Position numbers and translations under genes: made by a program
DNA from: Rhynchobatus australiae
Lineage: Eukaryota
Length of the DNA: 64,000 nt
Assembly: GCA_034780895.1 (NCBI GenBank)
Contig: JAUZTB010000017.1
Location: 18,910,102 to 18,974,101, forward strand
Reading direction: 5' to 3'
The notes under the pieces: model-generated
The model's input: the letters and a program-made list of their open reading frames with translations, nothing else
Databases searched by the model: none
Told to the model about the DNA's origin: nothing
Shown here: one piece after another, positions 28,645 through 40,702 of the stretch
Position numbering within the stretch: position 1 is the stretch's first letter
Layout: each line of letters begins with the position of its first letter

Positions 28645-29139
28645 CTAGAAAGATAAAAACATAAAAATTAGAAGCACTTTCACCTATAAGTTTGTGTTTT
28701 TATACAAGACACTAACATATACACCTCATCAAAATAATTACAAGGTTATAATTTGATTGTGTACATCTGAGAATAAATGACAAAAGCAATTTTGCTCACT
28801 TGGATTTAAAGTGCAACAGTTACCATATCATTATGGTAGCTAATAACGTTTACAAGATCTGTGGAAGTGGGGATGCTCACACCTCAAAAAAACCAGCACA
28901 CAAATTTCTACTACAAATGTTAAACTCATTGTATTCTTTATCAATGTCAATTGTTGGATAGTTGAAATGAAGACTCCTCCAGATTTGGGAGAGAATTTAT
29001 TTAACAATTAAAAAAGAGGGCCTAACTAGAGCACCAGTTTTAACCAAGATTCTGCTCATATATACTGTAAGAAAAATGATTACACAGATCCTTCCGGAAT
29101 CTCTCACCACTACTAAATCTGTTCCCTTTTATTATTCCC

Positions 29140-30760
29140 ACATTTCCCAGCACAGAGGTAAATATGACTGGTCTGCATAACTGGCTTTTTTTTTTGAACC
29201 AGAGCGAAATATGCAATATTCTAGGCCTTAGGTACCAAACTCACAAACTACATTATAAATGCTTCCAAAATTATGGCCACAATCTCTGCTATTTCCTCCC
29301 TTACTTTGTTTAACACCTAGGATACCTCCTATTTGAATCATATGATTTATCCACGAAGTGCAGCTTGCTTTCCCATCAGGTGCTTATCACCAATTTTTAA
29401 CCCATCTAGAATCTTTATTGCATGCTCCTTTGCTGAGATTCCAGCTGCATCTTCTTCTTTGGTGACAACTGATGTTAGTTATTCATTTAGTACCCAAATC
29501 ATGCTGTCTATGTCTAATCGGCATCATTCTCCTATTACGGCACTTTTAATATTCACATGCCCATTGAATAATTTTGGACTCTATAAGTTTGCCGGTAGTC
29601 TTTTCACATTTTCCAACTTTNNNNNNNNNNNNNNNNNNNNNNNNNNNNNNNNNNNNNNNNNNNNNNNNNNNNNNNNNNNNNNNNNNNNNNNNNNNNNNNN
29701 NNNNNNNNNNNNNNNNNNNNCCCCTGGTTTCCTTTTTTAATTCCATTCAAACATCCGCATGGTTCTCATGTGTATCGTATACTCTTTTCTTCCTGTATTA
29801 TTTTACCCTCAATCATTTGTAGAGCTCCGACTTTAATTTCCCTACTCTTGTCCTTCATGGGAATGAACATAGACTGTAACTGAAATATCTTTACTTTAAA
29901 GTCCTCCCATTGCCCAGTTAAATTTTTTGTTTGTCAACCTGCAACTCCAATTTGCCTATGGCAGATCTGTTATCGATCCATTGAAAGTGATCCATCACTA
30001 ATCAACTATTTTCAGCTTGGAGATATCCATATCCTCTTCCCACAGCTATTCCAAATTTTATCATATCATAGCTTCTTTGACATTTTCCCAACTGACCCAA
30101 CTCATTTCCCAGAACTAAGTCCAGCAATGCCACTTTCCTTGTTGAAGCAAACTGACCAAGGAAGTTCTATTGAATGCATTTCTGAAACCCCTCTCCTTCT
30201 TTGTCCTTTGTATTTTTGGTATCCAAGTGTAGACTTGGATAGTTACAAGTCCCACACCATTCCCACTCTAATGTTTTTCTTTACACATTTCAATTTCCCT
30301 ACAAATTTGCACCAGAATAACCTTCTAACAAGCTAACAGTGTATGGAATAGAATAACTGCATCTCTAATTTCTTAGTTCGAAACAAAAATCTTTCAGATC
30401 TTCAGTACCTGCAGGTTTTTTTGGTTTTCATTTACAGGTATATTCTGTGTTCTATTATTGCAAGACATTCTCTCTCTAGCCCAGCAATATTTTCCTTAAT
30501 CAATATTGCCACATCTCCTTCCACTCACAACCTTTCTTCCTTTTCCAAGAACCTTGTATCAGGAATGTTTAGAGACACAACTGCCCTTTTTTGTTTAGCT
30601 AGATCTCTTGTTGCCACAATAATCATAGGTGGTTAATTGCGCCTGCAGCTCAACAACCTTGTTTAACACGTCTCTTGCATGAACTGTAAACTTAGCTTAG
30701 ATCTTGTTCTGCCCTTTTATGATCTGTCCATAATAAGTTAAAACCTTGCACGTAAAAGAG
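29140..30760 (-). mobile_element. Old CR1-like LINE remnant
   Basis: Decayed similarity to the other minus-strand CR1 copies (e.g. ATCTCTGCTATTTCCTCCCTTACTT versus 34151). No intact ORF. Confidence 0.5.
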
Positions 30761-30978
30761 TAAGATGGATATATTATTGAGTAAAACATATCATATGCTG
30801 AGTTCAATTTTATTGTTATAAACTGCAAGGTGATCACATCCTACTTACAAACTGCCTTTGGGTGGTGCTTGCCCAGTTGCATCAGATATTTTTCTAAACA
30901 CCAACTTTAAAAATTTCACAAGGAGAAATTGTCTGGCACGTGGAAGGAATGTGGTTACCTGAAGTCAAACAATCCTTA

Positions 30979-31134
<156 letters not shown>

Positions 31135-31940
31135 TTATTAATATTAGTTGCACTACTATTTTCATCACTGTGAAAATACACAAGCCGATATTAATATAGT
31201 CCTTTTTTTTGTAATGAATTCCATCAATGAAAAACTAGATAAGTAAATTGTATCAGTGTTATATTACCAGGATACTTTTATTTTGAAGCCTTTATATCTG
31301 GTCAGGTTCTTCTTGCACCTATTTGTGTTTCAGCATAAATCAATATCAATCCAAACCGCAATCCCTCTAACATTCAACACTCCCTCTTTATCTACTTTGA
31401 AAGATACATCTTTGAACTTTTTTTATGGTCCTCTTAAATTCCAAACACATTTCCAAGAAGCTATTTTATTTTAATTAGTGCTTTCACAAAACAAAGGTTT
31501 GAAGATAGTATTTTATTTCTTTCATAATTCCATACTATGTAATTCCATAGCCTTCATCCAGTACTGATTATATCCTGCAATATGACCTTTCCTACTTCAA
31601 CAATGTGCACTTACTCAGATTTCCAGCGCAACTTTATAAACACAAAAAAACCCTGAGTAACAAATAGCCCTCAAGCAACATCAATAAAACAGGAATAACT
31701 GCTCTGATTACCTATTTCCGTTTATGCGACTTTGCATTGGAAATATGGCAGCCAATTTGCACAATCGCACTTCAAGAGTTAGTAAGCTGGGATGTCCTAA
31801 ATGCATGCAAATTCAAGCCATTTCCTTTCTCCACAAGAAAGTTCACTAAAGAGCATTGACATACGAAGTTTTCCTTCTTGTATGTGGTTAGCTGAGCGAC
31901 AGATTAGAGTTATACAACAATACAAAATAAAAGATACTCA

Positions 31941-32045
<105 letters not shown>

Positions 32046-32564
32046 TCAGATTATTATATTGAACAGTTTTAATTATATACTGTACCAAAATAAAGTGGTA
32101 TCTGTATAGATTTAAAAATTCCCAGTAAATATACATACCTAGTATGAAGGCAAAAGCCGGTAAGCAAGCTCTGGTAAAAAACAATCTATAATAATGCACT
32201 GGACAAAGCAATTTGATCCATCTTTGGTAAAGATATTCACTTGATCTTATTAACCAGTTCTTACCTCACAACTCTGTAGATACTTTGTCTTTTAAATATA
32301 CTCAGTTAAATCTCAATAAATACATGTCCTCCAGTTACTGCCCTTTCTACAATGAAAAGTGTTTTTTCCTTGTTTGCTGTGTTAAAGCCATTCATGATTC
32401 TGAACACCCTCATCAGGTCTCCCTGCTGAGAAAAACTAGTTCTCCCCACACCTGAAGTTCCTTGTCAACTGTATCACATGGGTAAATTTCAAAGTATTGG
32501 TATGCATACTGAAGTGTGGTGCCCTGAATTTAACACAGTTCTCCAGGTAGGGCTGAAATTTACA

Positions 32565-34350
32565 TAAAATATAACAGCACAGTACAGGCCCTTTGGCCCA
32601 TAGTGCTGTGCTGACATTTTATCCTGCTCTAATATCTATCAAACCCTTCCCTCCCACATAGCCCCCTATTTTTCTGTCATTGATGTGGTTATCTAAGAGT
32701 TTCTTAAATGTCCCTAATGTATCTACCTCCATCACCTCTGCCAGCAATGCACTCCACATACCCACCACTCTGTAAAAAAAAATTACCTCTGACATCCCCC
32801 CTATACCTTCCTCCAATCACCTTAAAATTATGCCCCCTCATGTGAGCCATTTGTGCCCTGGGAAAAAGTCTCTGACTGTCCACTCGATCAATGCCTCTTA
32901 TCATCTCGTACACCTCTATCAAGTCACCTCACATGCTGTTCCACTCCAAAGAGATAAGATATCTTTATTAGTCACATGTACATTGAAACACACAGTGAAA
33001 TGCATCTTCTGCATAGTGTGTTCTGGGGGAAGCCCACAAGTGTCACAATGCTTCTGGTGTCAACATGGCATGCCTACATCTTCCTAACCCATACATCTTT
33101 GGAATGCAGGAGGAAGCCCATGCAGACATGGGAAGAACATACAAACTCCTTACAGACAGTGGTTGGAATTGAACCTGGATCACTGGTGCTGTAATAGTAT
33201 TACGCCAATCGCTACACTACCGTGCCTGCCCTAGCAGGATGGATAAACAGTCCATGGCCTTGACCTCTCGGCCACCTTGTCTGCTTTTGCTCAACCTATC
33301 CTCACAAGACATGCTCTCCAATTCAGGTAGTATCCTGGTAAATCTCCCCTGCAACTTCTAAAGCTTCCTCATCCTTCCTATAATGGGGTGACCAAAAGTG
33401 ATCACAATACTCCAAGTGTGGCCTAACCAGAGTTCTATAGAGCTGTAACATTGAGTTGAACTCCATCTGCGACTTCTCAGCCCAGCTCTGCATCCTATCA
33501 ACGTCCTGTCGTAACCTACAGCAACCTTCTACACTATCCACTACAACACCAACCTTTGCATCATCTGCAAACTTAAAACACACCCTTCCACATCCTCATC
33601 CAAGTCATTTATAAAAATCACAAGAGCAGGGGTCCCTGAACAGATCCCTGCGGAACACCACTGGTTATCGACTTACAGGCAGAATACGCTCCATCTACCA
33701 CCGCCTTCTATCTTCTCTGGGCGAGCCAATTCTGAATCCACACAGCCAAGTTTCCCTGTATCCTATACCTCCTGACTTTCTAAATTAGCCTTCCATGAGG
33801 AACCTTATCAAACGCCTCACTAAAATCCATGTACACCACATCCACTGCACAGCCATCAATGTGCTTTGTCACATCCTCAGAATTCATTCAGGCTTGTGAG
33901 GCACAACTTGCTCCTCACAAAGCCATGCTGACTGTCCCTATTCTGCCATGCTTCTCCAAATGCCCAAAAATCTCATCTGAGAATCTTCTCCAATAATTTG
34001 CCCATCAATGAAGCAAGACTCACTGTTCTGTAATTCCCAGGGTTATCCTTACTCCCTTTCTTGAACAAAGGAAGGATATTTGCTACCCTCCATCATCTGG
34101 CACTACTCCTGTGGTCAGTGAGGATGCAAGTATCATTGTCAAAGGTGCAGCAATCTCTTCCCTCACTTCCTGTAATAATTTTGGATCCATCCTGTTCGGC
34201 CCTCGTGACTTATCTATCCTAATGATTTTCAAAAGTTCCAGCACATCCTCTTTCCTCATGTCGACATGCCCTAGCGTATCAGCCTGTCGTATGCCATCTT
34301 CACAAATGTCAAGGTCTCTCTCACTGGTGAATAATGAAGTATTGTATTGG
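32565..34350 (-). mobile_element. CR1-family LINE, 5'-truncated and decayed
   Basis: Translated pieces: KFADDAKVGVVVDSVEGC, LYRTLVRPHLEYC.HFWSPHYRKD, IEVYEMIRGIDRVD, RGHNFKV.GGRYRGDVRG. Confidence 0.92.
32953..33231 (-). mobile_element. tRNA-derived SINE inserted in a CR1 LINE
   Basis: Minus strand begins GGCACGGTAGTGTAGCGATTGG (A-box-like) and has B box GGTTCAATTCC (33175-33165). It ends in AATAAAGATATCTTATCT. Confidence 0.8.
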
Positions 34351-36284
34351 TTTTAAAATGATTTTTCATTTTACTGTTTGTATTAGCATAATCAATGATC
34401 TTTGCTTTTTAGCAGCCTTTTCGATGCGTCATAACAACTTCAAGAATTTGTGCGTCACTGCCCTATATCGGTCTGTTCTTTACCCATTCTGAAATGGCAT
34501 CATTTAATTCACTTTGCCTCTACTGATCCTTCCTACAAAAATGTATCACTTCACCCATTCAGACACAAATTTTCATCTATCATTTGTCTTCTCAATAAGC
34601 CTAAGACCTCCTTAATACAAAAATGAAATACTGCAGATGCTGGAAAATTGAAACAAATAAAATTTGAAGTAATACTTGGCAATATCTGTGGAGAGAGAAA
34701 TATATCATTCGTCTTTCAATAAAACTGGAGAAAGATAAAGGGCAGGAAAGATCCACGCAAAACAACAAATTTCACATCATATAAGACAGTGATAATAAAT
34801 TGGATTCTGATTCTGAAAGGGCAGGAGCTATTAGATAACAAAAGGAACTGCAGTGCAAATAAAAGGGAGAGGTTCTGGGAAAAGTAAAGTGATAAAACAA
34901 GAGACAGAATTGGGAATAGCAGATCATTTGAAATTATTGAATTTAGTGTTCAATCTGAGAAACTGGAATGTGCATTAAGAAGACAAGGCACTACACCTCT
35001 GCTTTTGATTATATAGAGATAAGATCAGCAACAATTGCCTTTGACATTTACTTCTCTTAGACCTGTCACTTTTAACACTCATTCAACAATAAAGGTATAG
35101 CATAAAAGTTTTCCTGCTGGTGTGAATACTGGGACCCTATAAATGTTATTTCATGCAGGCTTGCAGATAACAATAGTTTTGTTTAACACAGCTGTTCCTT
35201 TGAAAACTAAAAATAAAGGAGAAAGAAGTTCCACATTTTCAGCCCAGCATCACTGAAGCCATATATTAGCTGTATAGGTCAGACTTTCCATGACTAAAAT
35301 AAAAATTCCAAGCAAGTTCATAATTTGCTTTGGAATTCCTGAAGTAATTGATTGCCTCTGCAATTCCATTGTGCCATGATTCTGGCACGTTAAAGTGAAT
35401 TGGTTTTGTTGATGAGTATCTGAGAACAGGCAGATCCATCACAGGATAAAACTGAACCGTGGCTGAAGTATGCATGTTTGTCGGGCTATCTGGAAAGTTC
35501 TGGAAAAAAAATGCATGGAAAATTAAACTATTTTATCCTATGTACAGTAGTTGGAAACTAATGATATTTTCTGAAGTAAAGACACACACCTCATTCACTT
35601 CAAGTCATAATAACTTTCAATCAGCAACAAATGCACAATGGACTTTGAAGTTGTAACACAAAATGAAATATGATAAATTTGGAAAGGCAAAATAGACTTT
35701 AAGGTACAGTTCTGAAAGTGGAGCAGTAAAACAGACCGCCAGTGTACTTGTGCATAAATCTTTGAATGCGGGAAGTCAGTTTCAGAAAATCATTCATAAA
35801 TAGGACCCACCCTAGGCATCAACGAGTACAAAAGCCACGAGGGTGCAACAAACCTTTATATAACACTAGTTAGGGCATACAAGAGGACTGCAACCAATAT
35901 TGGAAAGGATATGAAGGCCCTAAAAAGGGCAAAAGTGGATTTACTGGAATGGTTCCTTTTATGAAGGATTCTAGCAAAAAGATAAGAAAATCTGTTGAGG
36001 TGAGACACATATAGAAAGAAATTGATGAGGATAAAGAGAGAAAGAAAAACTAGCATTTGTATATCTGCAAGGTACAGATAACTTCTCCTTGTTAGACAAT
36101 CCCTTGGGATTGACGGTGACTTACCTCTTCTACAGATGAAATGTTGAAAACGGCAGCATTTTCAACTGCAACTATTTTTACTACAGCACGACTCAGCCTT
36201 GTTCCTATATTAACTCAATTTCATTTTCCCAGTTTCTCTAGCTCAGTATTATCTGTTGTGAAGACGATATTTTCCACAGCTTGA

Positions 36285-36567
36285 TGAAAAACACGATGAT
36301 GCTGGAGAAACTCAATAGGCCAGGCAGCATCCGTGCAGAAAAGCAGGCAGTCAACATTTCAGGTTAGGACCCTTCTTCAGGACTGAAGATAGGAAAAGGG
36401 AAAGCCCAATACAAAAGGAGGGAAAAGCAGAGCAGTGATAGGTGGACAAAAGAGGGGAGGCAGGGGGGGCACAAAGTGGTGATAGGTAGATGCAGATAAG
36501 AGATAGTGATAGGTAGGTGTGGGGGAAGAGGGGAGAGCAGGGAGGAGGGGGATGGGTCAAAGGTAAG
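36285..36567 (-). mobile_element. Penelope-type terminal repeat (pyrimidine-rich tract, HHR-like motif, GATGCTGCC...CCAGCA tail)
   Basis: Reverse complement of 37030-37320. The same tail recurs near 6900, 22800, 27440, 34630, 47010, 54770, 61490, 62040 and 62970. Confidence 0.65.
36348..36385 (-). ncRNA. Minimal type-I hammerhead-ribozyme-like motif in a Penelope-type terminal repeat (best-preserved copy, probably inactive)
   Basis: Minus strand reads CAGTC-CTGAAGA-AGGGTCCTAACCT-GAAA-TG-TT-GACTG: stem I CAGUC/GACUG, core CUGANGA, stem II, GAAA, with the usual CG of stem III read as TG. Confidence 0.6.
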
Positions 36568-36975
36568 NNNNNNNNNNNNNNNNNNNNNNNNNNNNNNNNN
36601 NNNNNNNNNNNNNNNNNNNNNNNNNNNNNNNNNNNNNNNNNNNNNNNNNNNNNNNNNNNNNNNNNNNNNNNNNNNNNNNNNNNNNNNNNNNNNNNNNNNN
36701 NNNNNNNNNNNNNNNNNNNNNNNNNNNNNNNNNNNNNNNNNNNNNNNNNNNNNNNNNNNNNNNNNNNNNNNNNNNNNNNNNNNNNNNNNNNNNNNNNNNN
36801 NNNNNNNNNNNNNNNNNNNNNNNNNNNNNNNNNNNNNNNNNNNNNNNNNNNNNNNNNNNNNNNNNNNNNNNNNNNNNNNNNNNNNNNNNNNNNNNNNNNN
36901 NNNNNNNNNNNNNNNNNNNNNNNNNNNNNNNNNNNNNNNNNNNNNNNNNNNNNNNNNNNNNNNNNNNNNNNNNNN

Positions 36976-37330
36976 CCTGCTGCTTCGTCCTTGTCCTAGC
37001 CTCTCTTTTTCCTACCTTTCTTCCTCCGTACCTTTGACTCCTCCCCTGCTCTCCCCTCCTCACCCACCTATCACTATCTCTTACCTGCATCTACCTATCA
37101 CCTCCCTGTACCCACCCCCCTCCCTTCTTTTGTCCACCCATCACTGCTCTACTTTTCCCTCCTATATATCAGGCTTCCTCCTTTCCTATCTTTAGTCCCG
37201 AAGGGCCCTGACGTGAAACATTGACTGTCTGCTTTTCTCCACAGATGCTGCCTGGTCTGCTGAGTTCCTCCAGTATCGTAGTGTTTCTCATCTAGATATT
37301 CCAGCATCTGCAGTTCTTTGTTTATCTTTT
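36976..37330 (+). mobile_element. Penelope-type terminal repeat, inverted partner of 36285-36567
   Basis: Shares ACCTATCAC..CTGCATCTACCTATCACC..TTTTGTCCACC..ATCACTGCTCT..CTTTTCCCTCC with the upstream copy in opposite orientation. Confidence 0.65.
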
Positions 37331-37439
37331 CCACACCTTCGTTTTTCCTTAACTGTCATTTCCCTTCCAGCACAATTGGCAGAGCTCTCAACCATGCCTG
37401 CTTCAATTCGCCTATTTACATTCTCACCATACATATTTC

Positions 37440-38030
37440 CCCCCTCCCTCATTCCTGAGCAAGGGCAGGACTCCCCTTGTCTTTGCTTTCTACTTCATCC
37501 AGCCTTCACATTCAGATCTAATTTCTTTCCTTGCTACCTTTAATATGATGCCACATCCAAACACATCTTCTCTTCCCTCTTTCTCAAAGAATGCCTAGCT
37601 CACTCTTCCATCTTCATCAACACTTGCTCCTTTTTCACATCATCTTCTCATGCAGATGGAGGAGATGCAATACCTGCTCTTTCATTTCTTCCCTTCCCAA
37701 ATTCAATGCATATAATCATTCCTTCCAGGTGAAACAGCAAATCTCTTGTACTTTTACCAACTAAGAGTTTTGTATTCAGTGCTCACAACATTAGATAAAA
37801 TGAACATAAATTAGGGAACTACTTTGCAAAACACTTCCATTCAGCTTACGTGGGTGACACCAAGCTTCCAGCTGCACATCACTTTAATCCTCCTTTCCAT
37901 TAGGACTTCTCCCATTTTGGCCTCTTGTTACAATGAAGTCAATGCAAGCTTGAGCAATAGCATCTGATCTTCTAACACTGCAGCAGTTAGAACTCAACAT
38001 GGAATTCAACAATTGCCGATAACTATTTTT
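37440..38030 (+). mobile_element. Decayed Penelope-like fragment
   Basis: GGAGATGCAATACCTGC...TTCCAGGTGAAACAGC...TGTATTCAGTGCTC matches the reverse complement of the 38400-38620 and 61630-61800 segments. Confidence 0.55.
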
Positions 38031-38349
38031 TCCAGCTGGCCAACTTGCAACATTATCTCAGTTTTTCACCTCTCCACAGATGTGGCTGAACCTCAAGGTC
38101 GTACAGTCATGGAAGGCATATTGCACAGAAACAGGCTTGTCAGCTCACAGGGTCCATGCCAACCATCAACCACACATTTACACTAATACTACCTTAACCC
38201 CATTTTATTTTGATTCTCCTCATGTTCTGTTCAACTTGACCAGATTATACCATTCACCTGTACACTGGGGATAACTGACAGTGGCCAATTAACCTGCCAA
38301 CTCACACATCTTTGGGAATATGCTCAAGCTTCATTGAGCCTCACTCTGA

Positions 38350-39060
38350 AAGCACAGGTCAGAGTGGGAATGGGAGGGGAAATTAAATTGGCAGGCAACA
38401 GGAAACTCAGGGTCATCCCTGCAGATTAAATGCAGACACCCTTCTGCAAAGTGATCACTCTATCTGCATTTGGCTTCTCCAGTGCAGAGGAGACCACATG
38501 TGAACATCAAATGCAGTACACTAGATTGGAAATGCATGTGAATGGTTACTTCATCTGGAAAGACTGCTTGCGTGCATGGACGTTGGGAAGGAAAGGGAAG
38601 GGGAGAAAGGACAAGTGTAACATCACTTAAGGTTGCAAGGCGAAGTCCCACAAGAAGGAGGGTGCTTGATGGGAACAAAAGAGTGAACCAGAAAGTCACA
38701 AAGGGAATGGTTCCTGTAAAATGCTGAAAGGGGAAGAGGGGAAAATGTGCCTGGTGGGGAAATCTCTTCGAAGGTATCAGAAGTCACAAAGAATAAACTA
38801 TTGAATGCAGAGACTGGTGGGAAGGGAGCACAAGCTGACCCTTTCCTTACTCTGTCCTGGAGGAGATAGGGTGAGTCATAGGAAGTGGATGAGATGCCAT
38901 CACAGGCTAGTTAACAACAGTAGAGGGGAAGCCATGGTTCAGAAAGTAAAAAAATCCTTTCGGAGCAACCCACACAAAAGAACATCATCAGAGCAAATAC
39001 AACAAACTTAGGGGAACTGGAAGAATAGAATAAAGTCCTTACAGGAGGCAGGTTGGGATA
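38350..39060 (-). mobile_element. Decayed Penelope-like fragment
   Basis: GAGGAGACCACATGTGAACATCAAATGCAG parallels GAGGAGGCCACATCTCGAGCACCAAATGCAG at 61724. Confidence 0.6.
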
Positions 39061-39684
39061 AATGCCTCCTGCAGAACTCAACATTTTCATTACTTTTGCT
39101 CCAATTTCCACCCTGCCCTCAGCTTCACAAAGTCAATCTCTGACTTCCCTTCCTTTTCTGGATCTCTGTCTCTATCTCAGGAGATAGGCTAGCTACTAAC
39201 ATCCATTGCAAGCTTACCAACCCCTACACCTATCTTTACTACTCTTCATCCCTGAAACATTAACCGTTTCCCTTCCCACATACGTGGCCTGCCCTGACCT
39301 GAATATTTTCAGTTGAATGAGATAACCTTGTCTGAATGTTATTTGAAGTCATATTATTAAATAGGATAAGACTGCATTGAAGTACAGTACCTAAATCAGT
39401 TATTTTTTTAAAAAAAACTATTTATTTTCCAGAGAATGGACATCTAAAGCCTTCCAGAATCACTGTGCACGCCTCCAATACTTGATTACTACGAGTTGGG
39501 GAGGAGCGTGTGAAACAGGACCAGCCCTATCCCCGTGGGGCTGGTTGTTTGTTTGGCCTCGTAAATCCGCAGAAAAAGAAAGGGGCCTCTAAACATAAAC
39601 ACTCTCTTCACTCTTGTTACTCAGCTTAGTGACTACGTCCAGTCATCATTACCCCCAACTTTTCTCAGCGCGGTTTTCTCTCAC

Positions 39685-39781
39685 CGTTCGAGTAGTTGCT
39701 GGAGGCACCCTTGCAGTAGCCACACTTGTAACCTTCATCCTCGGTGAAATACTCCACGATACTGACGCTGCCAGCAGCCAT
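39685..39781 (-). CDS. ATE1: ATE1 alternative first coding exon, proximal (1B-type): MAAGSVSIVEYFTEDEGYKCGYCKGASSNYSN+G
   Basis: TCCATGG start, 97 nt, phase-1 donor G|GTGAGA, SxVEYF...CGYCK motif, inside a CpG-rich region. Confidence 0.95.
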
Positions 39782-40060
39782 GGATCCTCAACAGCTGTTA
39801 CCAGGCCCACAGCGCACGCCCGCCCGCTAACCAATAACGTGCAGTCCCTACCCGCCCGCCAATCGACGAAGAGGCTGCCGGACACGCGCACCTCTCCGGC
39901 TAATCAATGGAGGGGCAGCAGAATACGTCAGCTCACCCGCCAACCAATGACGAGACAGCAACAGACGCGCGCCTGCGGATCCGCCAATCACTGAAGGCTC
40001 AGCGGCGCGGGTGCGCGCCGGAGCGCTGGCTGATTGCTGGGGGTACGAGTGGCCTTAGTC
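39782..40060. promoter_or_regulatory. CpG-rich ATE1 proximal promoter with GC-box/CCAAT array
   Basis: CCAAT at 39831, 39859, 39944 and 39984, each preceded by CCGCC/CCCGC. Dense CpG in an otherwise CpG-poor window, immediately upstream of the ATG at 39781. Confidence 0.8.
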
Positions 40061-40617
40061 GTTTTAATTTTACGCCCCCGTCACTAACATGTGGCAAGTT
40101 GTCAGAAAACAAGTACTTTGCAACAAGTGTAATACTTTGCACCAGGTGGTCGGGAATTTTTGGACTTAAATGCACTTAGCCGGTGCTTGTATTTATTTTA
40201 TACGATACAACGTTGCGGTGTGGAAGGAAGTAACCGATCCGATGTCCACTTTCTGTGATAGATGTAAAAACTTGTGCTTCAGATATCGTGCGGGCTTAAA
40301 TACAATGCAGCTTTGCCTGGAGTAAAGCCCGGCCCACGCTGACGCAAAGGGATTTTTCGAATTTGGAGCTCAAATTCCCGCGTCGTGCTGGTGTTCTTGC
40401 ATTTACCATTAAACAGGCTTTAATTAGAAGGAATTGAAACATTACCCGTTCACTGTTCTGGACTTGAAGCAAAATCACGTCCGGAATAATCTGGTAAAAG
40501 AGAGTCAGAAACAGAGGCCTGCACGGACTCCAAAGCCTGGCTCACAAAGTGCGACACAAGTCTAGATTTATATCGCTATGTGGCGGACTGATATCTTTTC
40601 GCAAGCCATTCACTTAC

Positions 40618-40702
40618 CCATGGATACCTTTCCATCGTCCTGGCCACAGTATCCACAACGATAATCGGACTTCAAACCTTTATATTCCACGATCGAATAC
40701 AT
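40618..40702 (-). CDS. ATE1: ATE1 alternative first coding exon, distal (1A-type): MYSIVEYKGLKSDYRCGYCGQDDGKVSM+G
   Basis: ATG at 40702, 85 nt, phase-1 donor G|GTAAGT. Contains VEYKGL...CGYC like the mammalian distal first exon. Phase matches exon 2. Confidence 0.92.

Noticed and set aside
33165-33231. tRNA-like A/B boxes as a tRNA gene
   Set aside because: No complete cloverleaf, and it continues into a SINE body and tail.
39614-40179. ORFs 39614-39994 (+), 39649-39891 (-) and 39907-40179 (+) over the ATE1 promoter
   Set aside because: GC-rich stop-poor sequence with no recognisable domain. The true coding frame is the 97-nt exon 39685-39781.
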